Source: Macrostomum lignano
Taxonomy: Eukaryota
Reading direction: 5' to 3'
Assembly: GCA_002269645.1 (NCBI GenBank)
Contig: NIVC01002443.1
Coordinates: forward strand, 62,001-126,000
Length of the DNA stretch: 64,000 nucleotides
Shown: in pieces, positions 33,234 through 45,700 of the stretch
How positions within the stretch are numbered: position 1 is the first letter of the stretch
Layout of the letters: each line of letters starts with the position of its first letter
Notes under the pieces: generated by a model
Databases searched by the model: none
Seen by the model: the letters and a program-made list of their open reading frames with translations, nothing else
What the model was told of the DNA's origin: nothing
Made by a program: the position numbers and the translations under genes

Positions 33234-34461
33234 TCTCTGGCTCAGTTAGAGTTGATTCTCTGTTTTATAATTTTTGTTCTTTATTTGTTTGTAAATGTTT
33301 CTTCTATATGCAAGATTGATCGAAGAATGCACAGCCTTCATTTAAATTTTAGTCGGCCAACAATAATAACAAATTATTTATTAGTTAAAAATATTAATAG
33401 CTTTTATTTGTTTAAACAGCGCAGAATGTACAGGAAAGAAAGATAATATAAAAAGCTAAGATTGTTGACAAGAGATATAATTAAAGTTAAAATAATCAAC
33501 TATTTGTTTCTTGCTCGTGTAAAACTACGAGTATTTAAAATTTTAATCTATAATTTTTTATTGTTTAAAATCATTTAGTTCGCACGTAGTACTGCTTTTT
33601 ATAATTAAAAAAAAATAACTCTGATATATTTTTTGTCTAATTTTTGAAAAAAATAGCAGTAAATCGAAAATTGACGAAAAATATCAAGGTTATTTTAATT
33701 ATAATAATTTAGGTTATTACGAGTATATTCTAAAAAAATAAATTTGATAATTCGATTAACATAAAATAGTAAACGTTTTACAAATCTAGTTTTTGGCAAT
33801 GGATTCAAAGGAAAAGTTTTAAATAAAAGACATAAAATGTGCATCTAGTTAAGTCTGAAAAAAACAATTTTATTTAAATTTCTCCAGGTTCTGTTTGAAG
33901 ACGTTCTTTGTTTCGATTTTGTTCTTATTTTTGGCACTTTTTTCCGTCCTTAACTATTATTTCTTCTATTCTAAGGGCATTCCAAAAAAACGTAAATTAA
34001 TTTTGATAAGTTATTTTTCAACAGTCACTTTTTGCACACTAATCTACTATTTAAAAGCTGTTGTCAGTAGTGCGTCTAGTGCTGGCGATACTTCTTGAGC
34101 GCTTAAAGTTACTTCATGATTCTTCTGTACTTTTAAACACTTTGACTGTTTTGAATAGTAATATATTCAACCTATAAAAACATTTTTAAAAATGTCTTGA
34201 ACTAGTAAATGAACGTTTAATATGATTGCCTGTGAAACTTTGTTAATCTGACTTAAGTCTGAGTAAAGTTCGTTGAGTAAAGGCTGTTTTACTTAGCTTT
34301 TAGCAGCAATAAATTAATGATATCGCTTGTGGTTTCCAAAATCAGACTATCTGAAAATGTTTTTGTTTTAATGTACTTCTTAAAGTTAAAAGAAGTTTCA
34401 AACGTCTGTTTTAACTCCGTTTTTTAATAATATGACTCCTAGTACATCTTACTAAAAGTCG

Positions 34462-35610
34462 CTCCCAGATCCTCAGTTGCTTGGCCAGCCTCCCAGATCC
34501 TCAGTTGCTTGGCCAGCCTCCCAGATCCTCAGTTGCTGAGCCACCAGCCTCCCAGATCCTCAGTTGCTGAGCCACCAGCCTCCCAGATCCTCAGTTGCTC
34601 AGCCACCAGCCTCCCAGATCCTCAGTTGCTGAGCCACCAGCCTCCCAGATCCTCAGTTGCTTGGCCAGCCTCCCGGGATCCTCAGTTGCTGGGTCAGCCT
34701 CCCAGATCCTCAGTTGCTGAGCCACCAGCCTACCAGATCCTCAGTTGCTCGGCCAGCCTCCCAGATCCTCAGTTGCTGAGCCACCAGCCTCCCGGATCCT
34801 AAGTTGCTGAGCCACCAGCCTCCCAGATCCTCAGTTGCTGAGCCACCAGCCTCCCGGATCCTAAGTTGCTGAGCCACCAGCCTCCCAGATCCTCAGTTGC
34901 TGAGCCACCAGCCTCCCAGATCCTCAGTTGCTGGGCCAGCCTCCCAGATCCTCAGTTGCTGGGCCAGTCTCCCAGATCCTCAGTTGCTGGGCCACCAGCC
35001 TCCCAGATCTTCAGTTGCTGGGCCACCAGCCTCCCAGATCTTCAGTTGCTGAGCCACCCTTCCAGATCCTCAGTTGCTAGGCTAGCCTCCCAGATCCTCA
35101 GTTGCTGGGCCAGTCTCCCAGATCCTCAGTTGCTGGGCCACCAGCCTCCCAGATCTTCAGTTGCTGGGCCACCAGCCTCCCAGATCTTCAGTTGCTGAGC
35201 CACCCTTCCAGATCCTCAGTTGCTAGGCTAGCCTCCCAGATCCTCAGATGCTAAGCCACCAGCCGCCCAGATCCTCAGTTGCTTGGCCAGCCTCCCAGAT
35301 CCTCAGTTGCTGAGCCACCAGCCTCCCGGATCCTAAGTTGCTGAGCCACCAGCCTCCCAGATCCTCAGTTGCTGAGCCACCAGCCTCCCAGATCCTCAGT
35401 TGCTTGGCCAGCCTCCCAGATCCTCAGTTGCTGGGCCAGTCTCCCAGATCCTCAGTTGCTGGGCCACCAGCCTCCCAGATCTTCAGTTGCTGGGCCACCA
35501 GCCTCCCAGATCTTCAGTTGCTGAGCCACCCTTCCAGATCCTCAGTTGCTGGGCCACCAGCCTCCCAGATCTTCAGTTGCTGGGCCACCAGCCTCCCAGA
35601 TCATCAGTTG
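34462..35610. repeat. 27/31-bp minisatellite, intergenic
   Basis: Unit cctcccagatcctcagttgctgagccaccag (31 bp) and ...ttggccag (27 bp). Confidence 0.93.
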
Positions 35611-36479
35611 CAAATCTTGCAAGTGCAAATGCAAATGTATAAATGCAAATGTAATGCAAATGTAATAGTTGCAAATGCAAATGTATAATACATGTATTAC
35701 CAGTTAAGTTAGGCAATTTCAAAGTATCGATTTTAATATATAGACTACACATACATTTACCCGAAAATTTTAAAGAGCTGAAAGAACTTTTCAGACTTCA
35801 ATTAAACAAGTTAGAGAAATCTGACCCACTACTGCACTTAAACAAAAGGTGAACAGCCAACAAGCACTCTTTGGCTGCCTAAACTGGTTAGGATGTACGT
35901 GGCATGCCAAAGAATGTACATTGTATGTACAGTGTACACACTGTTATTGGTCAGCATTTTGAAGCTAGAACCAATCGGAATCTAAGGAGCTGAAATCAAT
36001 GAGACAAGGGTAAAAAGTGAAAGGGTAAAAACGTCGGATAGTCATGATATGTCATCGTGCACTTCTATAGCAAGCCTCATGGCTCCAGGAGCGTAATTGA
36101 CAAACTGGCTTGATAGTTCCGGCAATAAAACAGCAGTCATATTACCACCGTAAGTTGTATAAGATTATATTTAACAACTTCTATCTCTGACTTTTCCCAT
36201 ATACTAATTCTCTAAGATCATTTTTTATATACTGAAAATGAGTTGTCTGTGAGCATATGCTATTGATTTTTAGCTAAAACGGCTCAACCGATTTTCTTCA
36301 AACTTGCACCATTCGATTGGAAATTTTCCCGTGACGTCTCAATAATGCGAAGATTTTCGCTTTTATGCTTTAATAGTTAACCAATTGCCTATTTAACAAC
36401 TATAGACTCACTATAATTACATGGATCTAGTAAAACTTACATATTACTCCCTATTTATCTAAATGTACCTGAATTATGC

Positions 36480-36695
36480 CTAAGCTCGAATATATCTACG
36501 AGTATCTATATCTATCACTCATCAACAATATTTTATACATCTACCTACCTACCTATCCATCTACCTACCTATCCATCTACCTATACCTATCCATCTACCT
36601 ACCCATCCATATACCTACCTATACATCTACCTACCTATCCGTCTACCTACCTATCCATCTACCTACCCATCCATAAACCTACCTACCTACTACCT
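36480..36695. repeat. (CTAC/CTAT)n low-complexity tract upstream of the first TRPA exon acceptor
   Basis: Direct inspection. Confidence 0.8.
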
Positions 36696-36717
36696 ATGGT
36701 TCCTATTTCGCAGGAAA

Positions 36718-39700
36718 ATGTCCAATGTGAACAGTTGTGAAGAATCTGACGCGTCTAGTTACAGTGACGCAAGTGTAGATTCCGATTCAGAAGAACCCAA
36801 GCAAACAAGCAAACAGCAAAATATGAAAGAAGAGCTGGACGTAAGTTTGGACGCCGGACAACAGCGAAAACAGGTGAGAATTCAACTATTAAATACCTTT
36901 ATACGTACGTAAAGTACTTATATTACTTTAAATTCTTAAGCAATTACGGTTATAGATTGGATTGCAAATTCTATTAGTTTACGTTGTGATTAATAAGATC
37001 AGTTTATACTAGCAATCTACGCCCCCATTGGGGAGCCAAAAAATGCAATACACGTTTTTTTAATAAGCTACATGTATCCTTGAAATCTTAAAAAATCTCC
37101 TGTCAAACCTTGTAAGCCTTGACATGTCAGTAATTCCCCCCCCACAAGCTTTAACATATCAACTTCCCCCCTTGACATCTCAGCAACGCCCCCAATAAGC
37201 CTTGGAAATCTAAAAATATCTGTCAACCTTCTAACCCTAACCCTAGCTTACCCTAACCCTAACCCTAGCCTAACCCTAACCCTAACCCTAACCCTAACCC
37301 TAACCCTAACCCTAACCTAACCCTGAAGCATTGACATTTCAGTAATTCTCTCTAAGAGTCATTATAGCACTACTACAGCATTAAAGCGATTCCCTGCAAG
37401 CCTCGACATCGTAGGGATTCCCAAATGAATCTAGAAGATTAGATTAGATTATATAAGATTAGATTAGATTAGTATATAGGATTAGATTAGATTAGATTGT
37501 ATTGATTGGATTGGATTAGATTAGACTAGATTCGATTAGATTAGATTAAATTAGATTAGATTAAAATAGATTAGATTAGATTAAATTAGATTAGATTAGA
37601 TTAGATTCGATTCGATTCATTTAGATTAGATTAGATTAGATTGGATTGGATTGGATTAGACTAGATTCGATTCGATTAGATTAGATTAAATTAGATTAGA
37701 TTAAAATAGATTAGATCAGATTAGAATATATTCGATTAGATTATATTATATTATATTGGACGGGACAAAATTAGATTAAAATAGATAATATTAAAATAAA
37801 TGAGATTTGAATGCATTAGAATAGATTGGATTATATTAGATTAGATAAAATAGATTAGACTAGATTAGATTAGATTAAAATAGCTTTCACTAGATTAAAT
37901 CAGTGTTCACCAGTCTGAGTTTAATTCAATGTTCGCAGATTTTTCACGCAATCATCGATTCTATGAGAGTCACTACTGATCAATCATCCATTCTATGAGA
38001 GTCACTCCTGATCAATCATCCATTCTATGAGAGTCACTCCTGATCAATCATCCATTCTATGAGAGTCACTCCTGATCAATAATCGGTTCCATGAGAGTCG
38101 CTTCTGATCAATCATCGATTCTATGAGAGTCACTCCTGATCAATCATCGATTCTATGAGAGTCGCTCCTGATCAATCATCGATTCTATGAGAGTCACTCC
38201 TGATCAATCATCGATTCTATGAGAGTCACTCCTGATCAATCATCGATTCTATGAGAGTCACGATCCTGATCAATCATCGATTCTATAAAAGTCACTCCTG
38301 ATCAATCATCGATTCTATGAGAGTCACTCCTGATCAATAATCGGTTCTATGAAAGTCACTCCTGATCAATCATCGATTCTATGACAGTCACTCCTGATCA
38401 ATCATCGATTCTATGAAAGTCACTCCTGATCAATCATCGATTCTATGAGAGTCACTCCTGATCAATCATCGATTCTATGAGAGTCACTCCTGATCAATCA
38501 TCGATTCTATGAGAGTCACTCCTGATCAATCATCGATTCTATGAGAGTCACTCCTGATCAATCATCCATTCCATGAGAGTCGCTTCTGATCAATCATCGA
38601 TTCTATGAGAGTCGCTCCTGATCAATCATCGATTCTATGAGAGTCACTCCTGATCAATCATCGATTCTATGAGAGTCACTCCTGATCAATCATCGATTCT
38701 ATGAGAGTCACTCCTGATCAATCATCGATTCTATGAGAGTCACTCCTGATCAATCATCGATTCTATGAGAGTCACGATCCTGATCAATCATCGATTCTAT
38801 AAAAGTCACTCCTGATCAATCATCGATTCTATGAGAGTCACTCCTGATCAATAATCGGTTCTATGAAAGTCACTCCTGATCAATCATCGATTCTATGACA
38901 GTCACTCCTGATCAATCATCGATTCTATGAAAGTCACTCCTGATCAATCATCGATTCTATGAGAGTCACTCCTGATCAATCATCGATTCTATGAGAGTCA
39001 CTCCTGATCAATCATCCATTCTATGAGAGTCACTCCTGATCAATAATCGATTCTGTGAGAGTCACTAGTGATCAATAATCGATTCTGTGAGAGTCACTAC
39101 TGATCAATCATCGATTCTATGAGAGTCACTCCTGATCAATCATCGATTCTATGAGAGTCACTCCTGATCAATCATCGATTCTATGAAAGTCACTACTGAT
39201 CAATAATCGATTTTATGAGAGTCACTCCTGATCAATCATCGATTCTATGAGAGTCACTACTGATCAATCATCGATTCTATGAGAGTCACTCCTGATCAAT
39301 CATCGATTCTATGAGAGTCACTCCTGATCAATCATCGATTCTATGAGAGTCACTCCTGATCAATCATCGATTCTATGAGAGTCACTCCTGATCAATCATC
39401 GATTCTATGAGAGTCACTCCTGATCAATCATCGATTCTTTGAGAGTCACTCCTGATCAATCATCCATTCCATGAGAGTCGCTTCTGATCAATCATCGATT
39501 CTATGAGAGTCGCTCCTGATCAATCATCCATTCCACGAGAGTCGCTCCTGATCAATCATCGATTCTATGAGAGTCACTACTGATCAATTATCGATTCTAT
39601 GACAGTCACTCCTGATCAATCATCGATTCTATGAAAGTCACTCCTGATCAATCATCGATTCTATGAGAGTCACTCCTGATCAATCATCGATTCTATGAGA

Positions 39701-42700
39701 GTCACTCCTGATCAATCATCGATTCTATGAGAGTCACTCCTGATCAATCATCCATTCCATGAGAGTCGCTTCTGATCAATCATCGATTCTATGAGAGTCG
39801 CTCCTGATCAATCATCGATTCTATGAGAGTCACTCCTGATCAATCATCGATTCTATGAGAGTCACTCCTGATCAATCATCGATTCTATGAGAGTCACTCC
39901 TGATCAATCATCGATTCTATGAGAGTCACTCCTGATCAATCATCGATTCTATGAGAGTCACTCCTGATCAATCATCGATTCTATGAGAGTCACTCCTGAT
40001 CAATCATCCATTCCATGAGAGTCGCTTCTGATCAATCATCGATTCTATGAGAGTCGCTCCTGATCAATCATCGATTCTATGAGAGTCACTCCTGATCAAT
40101 CATCGATTCTATGAGAGTCACTCCTGATCAATCATCGATTCTATGAGAGTCGCTCCTGATCAATCATCGATTCTATGAGAGTCACTCCTGATCAATCATC
40201 GATTCTATGAGAGTCACTCCTGATCAATCATCCATTCTATGAGAGTCACTCCTGATCAATCATCCATTCTATGAGAGTCACTCCTGATCAATCATCGATT
40301 CTATGAGAGTCACTCCTGATCAATCATCGATTCTATGAGAGTCGCTCCTGATCAATCATCGATTCTATGAGAGTCGCTCCTGATCAATCATCGATTCTAT
40401 GAGAGTCGCTCCTGATCAATCATCGATTCTATGAGAGTCACTCCTGATCAATCATCGATTCTATGAGAGTCACTCCTGATCAATCATCGATTCTATGAGA
40501 GTCACTCCTGATCAATCATCCATTCTATGAGAGTCACTCCTGATCAATCATCGATTCTATGAGAGTCACTACTGATCAATCATCGATTCTATGAGAGTCA
40601 CTCCTGATCAATCATCGATTTTATGAGAGTCACTCCTGATCAATCATCGATTTTATGAGAGTCACTCCTGATCAATCATCGATTCTATGAGAGTCGCTCC
40701 TGATCAATCATCGTCTCAATGAGAGTCACTCCTGATCATTCATCGATTCTATAAGAGTCACTCCTGGTAATCGATTCCATGAGAGTCACTCCTGATCATC
40801 GACTGCATGAGAGTCACTCCCGATCATCGACTGCATGAGAGTCACTCCGGATCATCGACCCATGAGAGTCACTCCTGATCAATCATCGATTCTTTAAGAG
40901 TCACTCCTGATCAATCATCCATTCCACGAGAGTCGCTTCTGATCAATCATCGATTCTATGAGAGTCACTACTGATCAATCATCGATTTTATGAGAGTCAC
41001 TACTGATCAATCATCGATTCTATGAGAGTCACTCCTGATCAATCATCGATTTTATGAGAGTCACTCCTGATCAATCATCGATTCTATGAGAGTCACTCCT
41101 GATCAATCATCGATTCTATGAGAGTCACTACTGATCAGTAATCGATTCTTTGAGAGTCACTCCTGATCAATCATCGATTCTGTGAGAGTCACTCCTGATC
41201 AATCATCCATTCCATGAGAGTCGCTTCTGATCAATCATCGATTCTATGAGAGTCACTCCTGATCAATCATCGATTCTATGAGAGTCGCTTCTGATCAATC
41301 ATCGATTCTATGAGAGTCACTCCTGATCAATCATCGATTCTATGAGAGTCACTCCTGATCAATAATCGATTCTATGAGAGTCACTCCTGATCAATCATCG
41401 ATTCTATGAGAGTCGCTTCTGATCAATAATCGATTTTATGAGAGTCATTTCTGATCAATGAACTTGTTCAAATATACTTGCGACATTCTTAAGCGCATGT
41501 TTAATGGGAATAAAACAGATGTCTAATATACGTCTAATTTCTAACCAAACACAGCTTTTACTCGCCTACGATTGGAGCAATAAAGCGACTAAGAAAGGCT
41601 GCAAATGTTGTAATCCGGTAAGGCAAAAAACTATAAATTTTTAATTTACTAATTTAGTGTGCTAACGACTCTAGTTTTAAGCCCCCTCAGATGAAATGGC
41701 GCCCTTCAGATGAAATGGCGCCCCTCAAATTAAATGACACCCCCTCAGATGAAATGGCGCCCCCTAAGATGAAATGGCGCCCCTCAAATGAAATGGCGCC
41801 GCCTTAGAAGAAATGGCGCCCCCAGATAAAATGGCGCCCCCTAAGATGAAATGGCGCCTCTTTAAATAGAATAGCGCCCTCTTAGATATAATATTGCCCC
41901 CTCAAATCAATGAGAGTCCCTCATCATTGAATCCATGAGAGTCACTCGTGATCATCCACCCACGAGAGTCATACAAAATTCAAATATACTTGCTACACTT
42001 AGATACGCATGTATGACATGAATAAGTCAGATGACTAAAATACGTCTAAATTCTAACCTATCACAGGTTTCAATCTGCGTGTCGGCGAAGGTGAACGAGA
42101 AACTGGAAAAACAGCCTTGGAAGAATATGCAGGTATGGCAAAAATCGTTGCATGTTTTATTTACTAATTTAATGTGCTAAATACTCTGCCCGCCTCACCA
42201 CAGTTGAAATGGCACCCTTAGGATGAAATGGCACCCCTTAAAATCCATGAGAGTCACTCCTGATCATCCATCACATGAGAGTCACTCCTGATCATCCACC
42301 ACGTGAGAGTCACTCCTAATCATACACCACATGAGAGTCACTCCTAATCATCCACCACATGAGAGGCACTCCTAATCATCCACCACATGAGAGTCACCCC
42401 TAATCATACACCACATGAGAGTCACTCCTAATCATCCACCACATGAGAGTCACTCCTGATCATCCACCACATGAGAGGCACTCCTAATCATCCACCACAT
42501 GAGAGTCACTCCTGATCATCCACCACATGAGAGTCACTCCTAATCATCCACCACATGAGAGGCACTCCTAATCATCCACCACATGAGAGTCACCCCTAAT
42601 CATCCACCACATGAGAGTCACTCCTGATCATCCAACACGTGAGAGTCACCCCTAATCATCCACCACATGAGAGGCACTCCTGATCATCCACCACATGAGA

Positions 42701-45700
42701 GGCACTCCTAATCATCCACCACATGAGAGTCACTCCTGATCATCCACCACATGAGAGTCACTCCTGATCATCCACCACATGAGAGGCACTCCTAATCATC
42801 CACCACATGAGATTCAGCCGTTGAAAACAAGACTTTTTACTCGTAACGACTCAAACGCATCAAACGCGTCCAAGAATCGTTGTGCTAGCGTTTAACTTTC
42901 TACTAGCTCAGTAGGCTAGTCAAAGCGCAATTACTCGTAGATTGTAATAGGCTAAGACTGAGTGCCCGATTAAAACGGTACTTAAGCCAAGAAGCTTCCT
43001 GGAGTCACTAGCGTCGCCTCAGAGTCGTTTCAGACGCGTTGCGGATGACAGGTCAAATTGGAAAGAAGTGATTCGAAATAACTCTAAAATGACAAGATGT
43101 CACGGTTAAACTATAAGGATGGACAGGCAAAGAGGCAAACAAAGCGATGTTTGACGAGCAAGAGACGGCAACAGCGCAACGAAGCATTACGAGCGTAAAG
43201 GGGGAGCAGCAAACTGACGCCCCAAAAGTTACGGGCAATTCTCTATTTTTATTTCGTTCAAAAAATTGAGTGCAGAGTGGCGAGAGTGGCGAGAGCGCAA
43301 AGGCCACTCGGCGGTATAAATAGGCAGGCCTCCCCCAAATTGGCAAGCCACTGAACGTGGCGGAGTAATGGACGCATACAATTCGCCTAAAAGTCGCAGA
43401 AGAAGCGCTTTAGCGTCATTGTAAAATCGTTACTGCATCGCATCTGAGTCGATGAGCATGCATTTATCTATTCGCCCAGAAATTACGATTCAACAGTCTG
43501 TTTAAGGCCAGTAGTAACGACTCTGTAACACGTCCTAAGCGCCTCAGAAGTGACGCACTAACGATCTCCAGTGACGCTAAAGCTCTTCTTCTGCGACTTT
43601 TTTAACGACTGCAGAACGCCGCCGAAACGCCGGAAATGTGACTTTATTTCATCAAGCGACGCAAATGCGCTTCAAACACAACTCAGTGACTCTAATGCCA
43701 CTCTGGAACGCCTCAAATCAAATATACTTACGACACCTGACATTAGTTACATACGCATGTTTAACACGCATAAGTCAGATGACTAAAATACGTCTAAATT
43801 TTAATCAATCGCAGATTTTACGCGAATCGGCAGCTCCGGTGAATGAGGGACAGAAAACTCTGTTTTGGAAGAATATTCCGGTAAAGCAAATATCATTGCA
43901 TTTTCTATTTACTAATTTAGTGTGCTGTGACCATAGTTGTGCCCCTACCTTAGATGAAATAACGCCCCTCTAATGGAATGGCGCCGCCTCAAATGAAATG
44001 ACACCGCCTTAAATGTGATGGCGCGCCTTTAGATAAAATGGCGCCCCTCGAATGAAATGGTTACGCCCAGACGTTATCGATTGATATAAAAATGTAATTA
44101 ACTAATATACAAATTAATTGCAGCCCAGTCAAAACGCCAATAAACTGCTTACTAGCAAAGACAGCCACGATGTGACGCCGCTGATGCTTGCCGCTTCCGC
44201 GAAAGGAAGCTTGCTGAAACATCTACGAGGTGAGAGACTGGATCATTAACAGTTTGAATATTTCTTATCTTTAAGCATAGCCCAAGTAGAACTGAAACAT
44301 TGACACTTGCTATATGCTTGTAGAGAAACTCGAAGAAGAGGCTCTGAAGAAAGCGATCAAAATGAAAGATCACGACGGGAACACCATGCTTCACTACGCT
44401 GTAGTTAGCAACGAGGCGGAGGTATTAAGTGATTTTTACTATCTTCATTCAAATACATGGCCAATTTACTTCATCTATTCTCCTAAAATTTTTTTACAGA
44501 AAATAGAATTGCTAGTAGGTCGTGGAGCTGACATCAATGCAGAAAATGTAAGAGCTTTCTTGTACTCGTATTTTTTTAAAGCATCGATCGGTCGGCGAAC
44601 TTCGGCCTGTGGGTCCTTTGAAATTTCATAATAGCAGTTTATCCGCTCAAGGTTTGTCTCTTCTTTCTTCCCTCTTTCCCCGTTAAAAACGTTACCGTGA
44701 CAAGAATCGCAAAAAATCCTTGCAAGCAACTCTCTAGTGTCTCTATAGTTACTCTCGATGCGACGGAGAGGCGATTGTTGCTCGTCACGTGAGAGTTGCA
44801 GAATCGTAAGAGACGCGAAAGAGTCGTCCAAGATAATTGTCGGTTGGCTCATTGATTCAGTGATTCTACAGCGACTTTAGCACGCCTCACAAAACGACTA
44901 TACGGTTTCATTATAGTCGGTTATACCGTCGCCCCAGAGTCGTTTCAAAGTCGCAGAAAATAAAAATATTCAAATTGACTTTTGGGCAACTCTTTGACAT
45001 ACTTTTTGGCGACTTTTACCGGTGCTTCTTGTCATTTTCGAGTCGTTTAGAGTCACCTCCTTCCTATTTTACTTTTCATCGGCAACGACTTTGAAAGGAC
45101 TTTGGTCCGGTGATGCAGTGACTCTGGGACGCTTCTTGGTGCTTCTATTGTTGGTACCGTTTTCATCGGGTTCTGTCCCGCAAGCATTACGCTAGATTCT
45201 CTATGTCTTAACGATATGAGCTGGAAGTGCATCTTCATAACTACTCACTGTAATAATCATATCAAACCCGTATTTCAGAGCGACAAATCCACGCCTCTGC
45301 TGATTGCGTCGGCTCTCGGTCACACAAAATCGGTGATCAAACTGTTAAAGCTCGATGCTTCAAAGTATACGAAGGACAAGCAGGGCAGAACAGCCATGCA
45401 TTGGTGAGTAGAGTGGCGCACTGCTTTGCACAGAGTCTTGCATTGTCAGTCTTGCATTTTGGCTCAATAAACTCCTGTCACCAATCTGTGCAGACTTGCC
45501 AAGCCTCCAAAATTTATCAGCACGTCGACCACGTCAACCATGTGTCTGCATCAGTTCTGACTTCTTTTGGTCACTGGCCTTCAACCAAACGTGGCTTCTG
45601 GATCTTCAACGGGTGGCAAATTTCTCTGTTATCTCTGATCAAGGCTCGATAGTGGGCAGTCCTAAACTGCTATAGCTTCTCAAGCATTTAGTCGTTTATC

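Noticed and set aside
36225-36430. Helitron/HINE-like phrase aaaacggctcaaccgattttcttcaaactt
   Set aside because: Resemblance from memory only; no 3' hairpin/CTAG pairing or second copy in the window.
37949-41459. Regular 32-bp repeats resembling a CRISPR array
   Set aside because: Head-to-tail units with no unique spacers, no cas genes, and a eukaryotic context.
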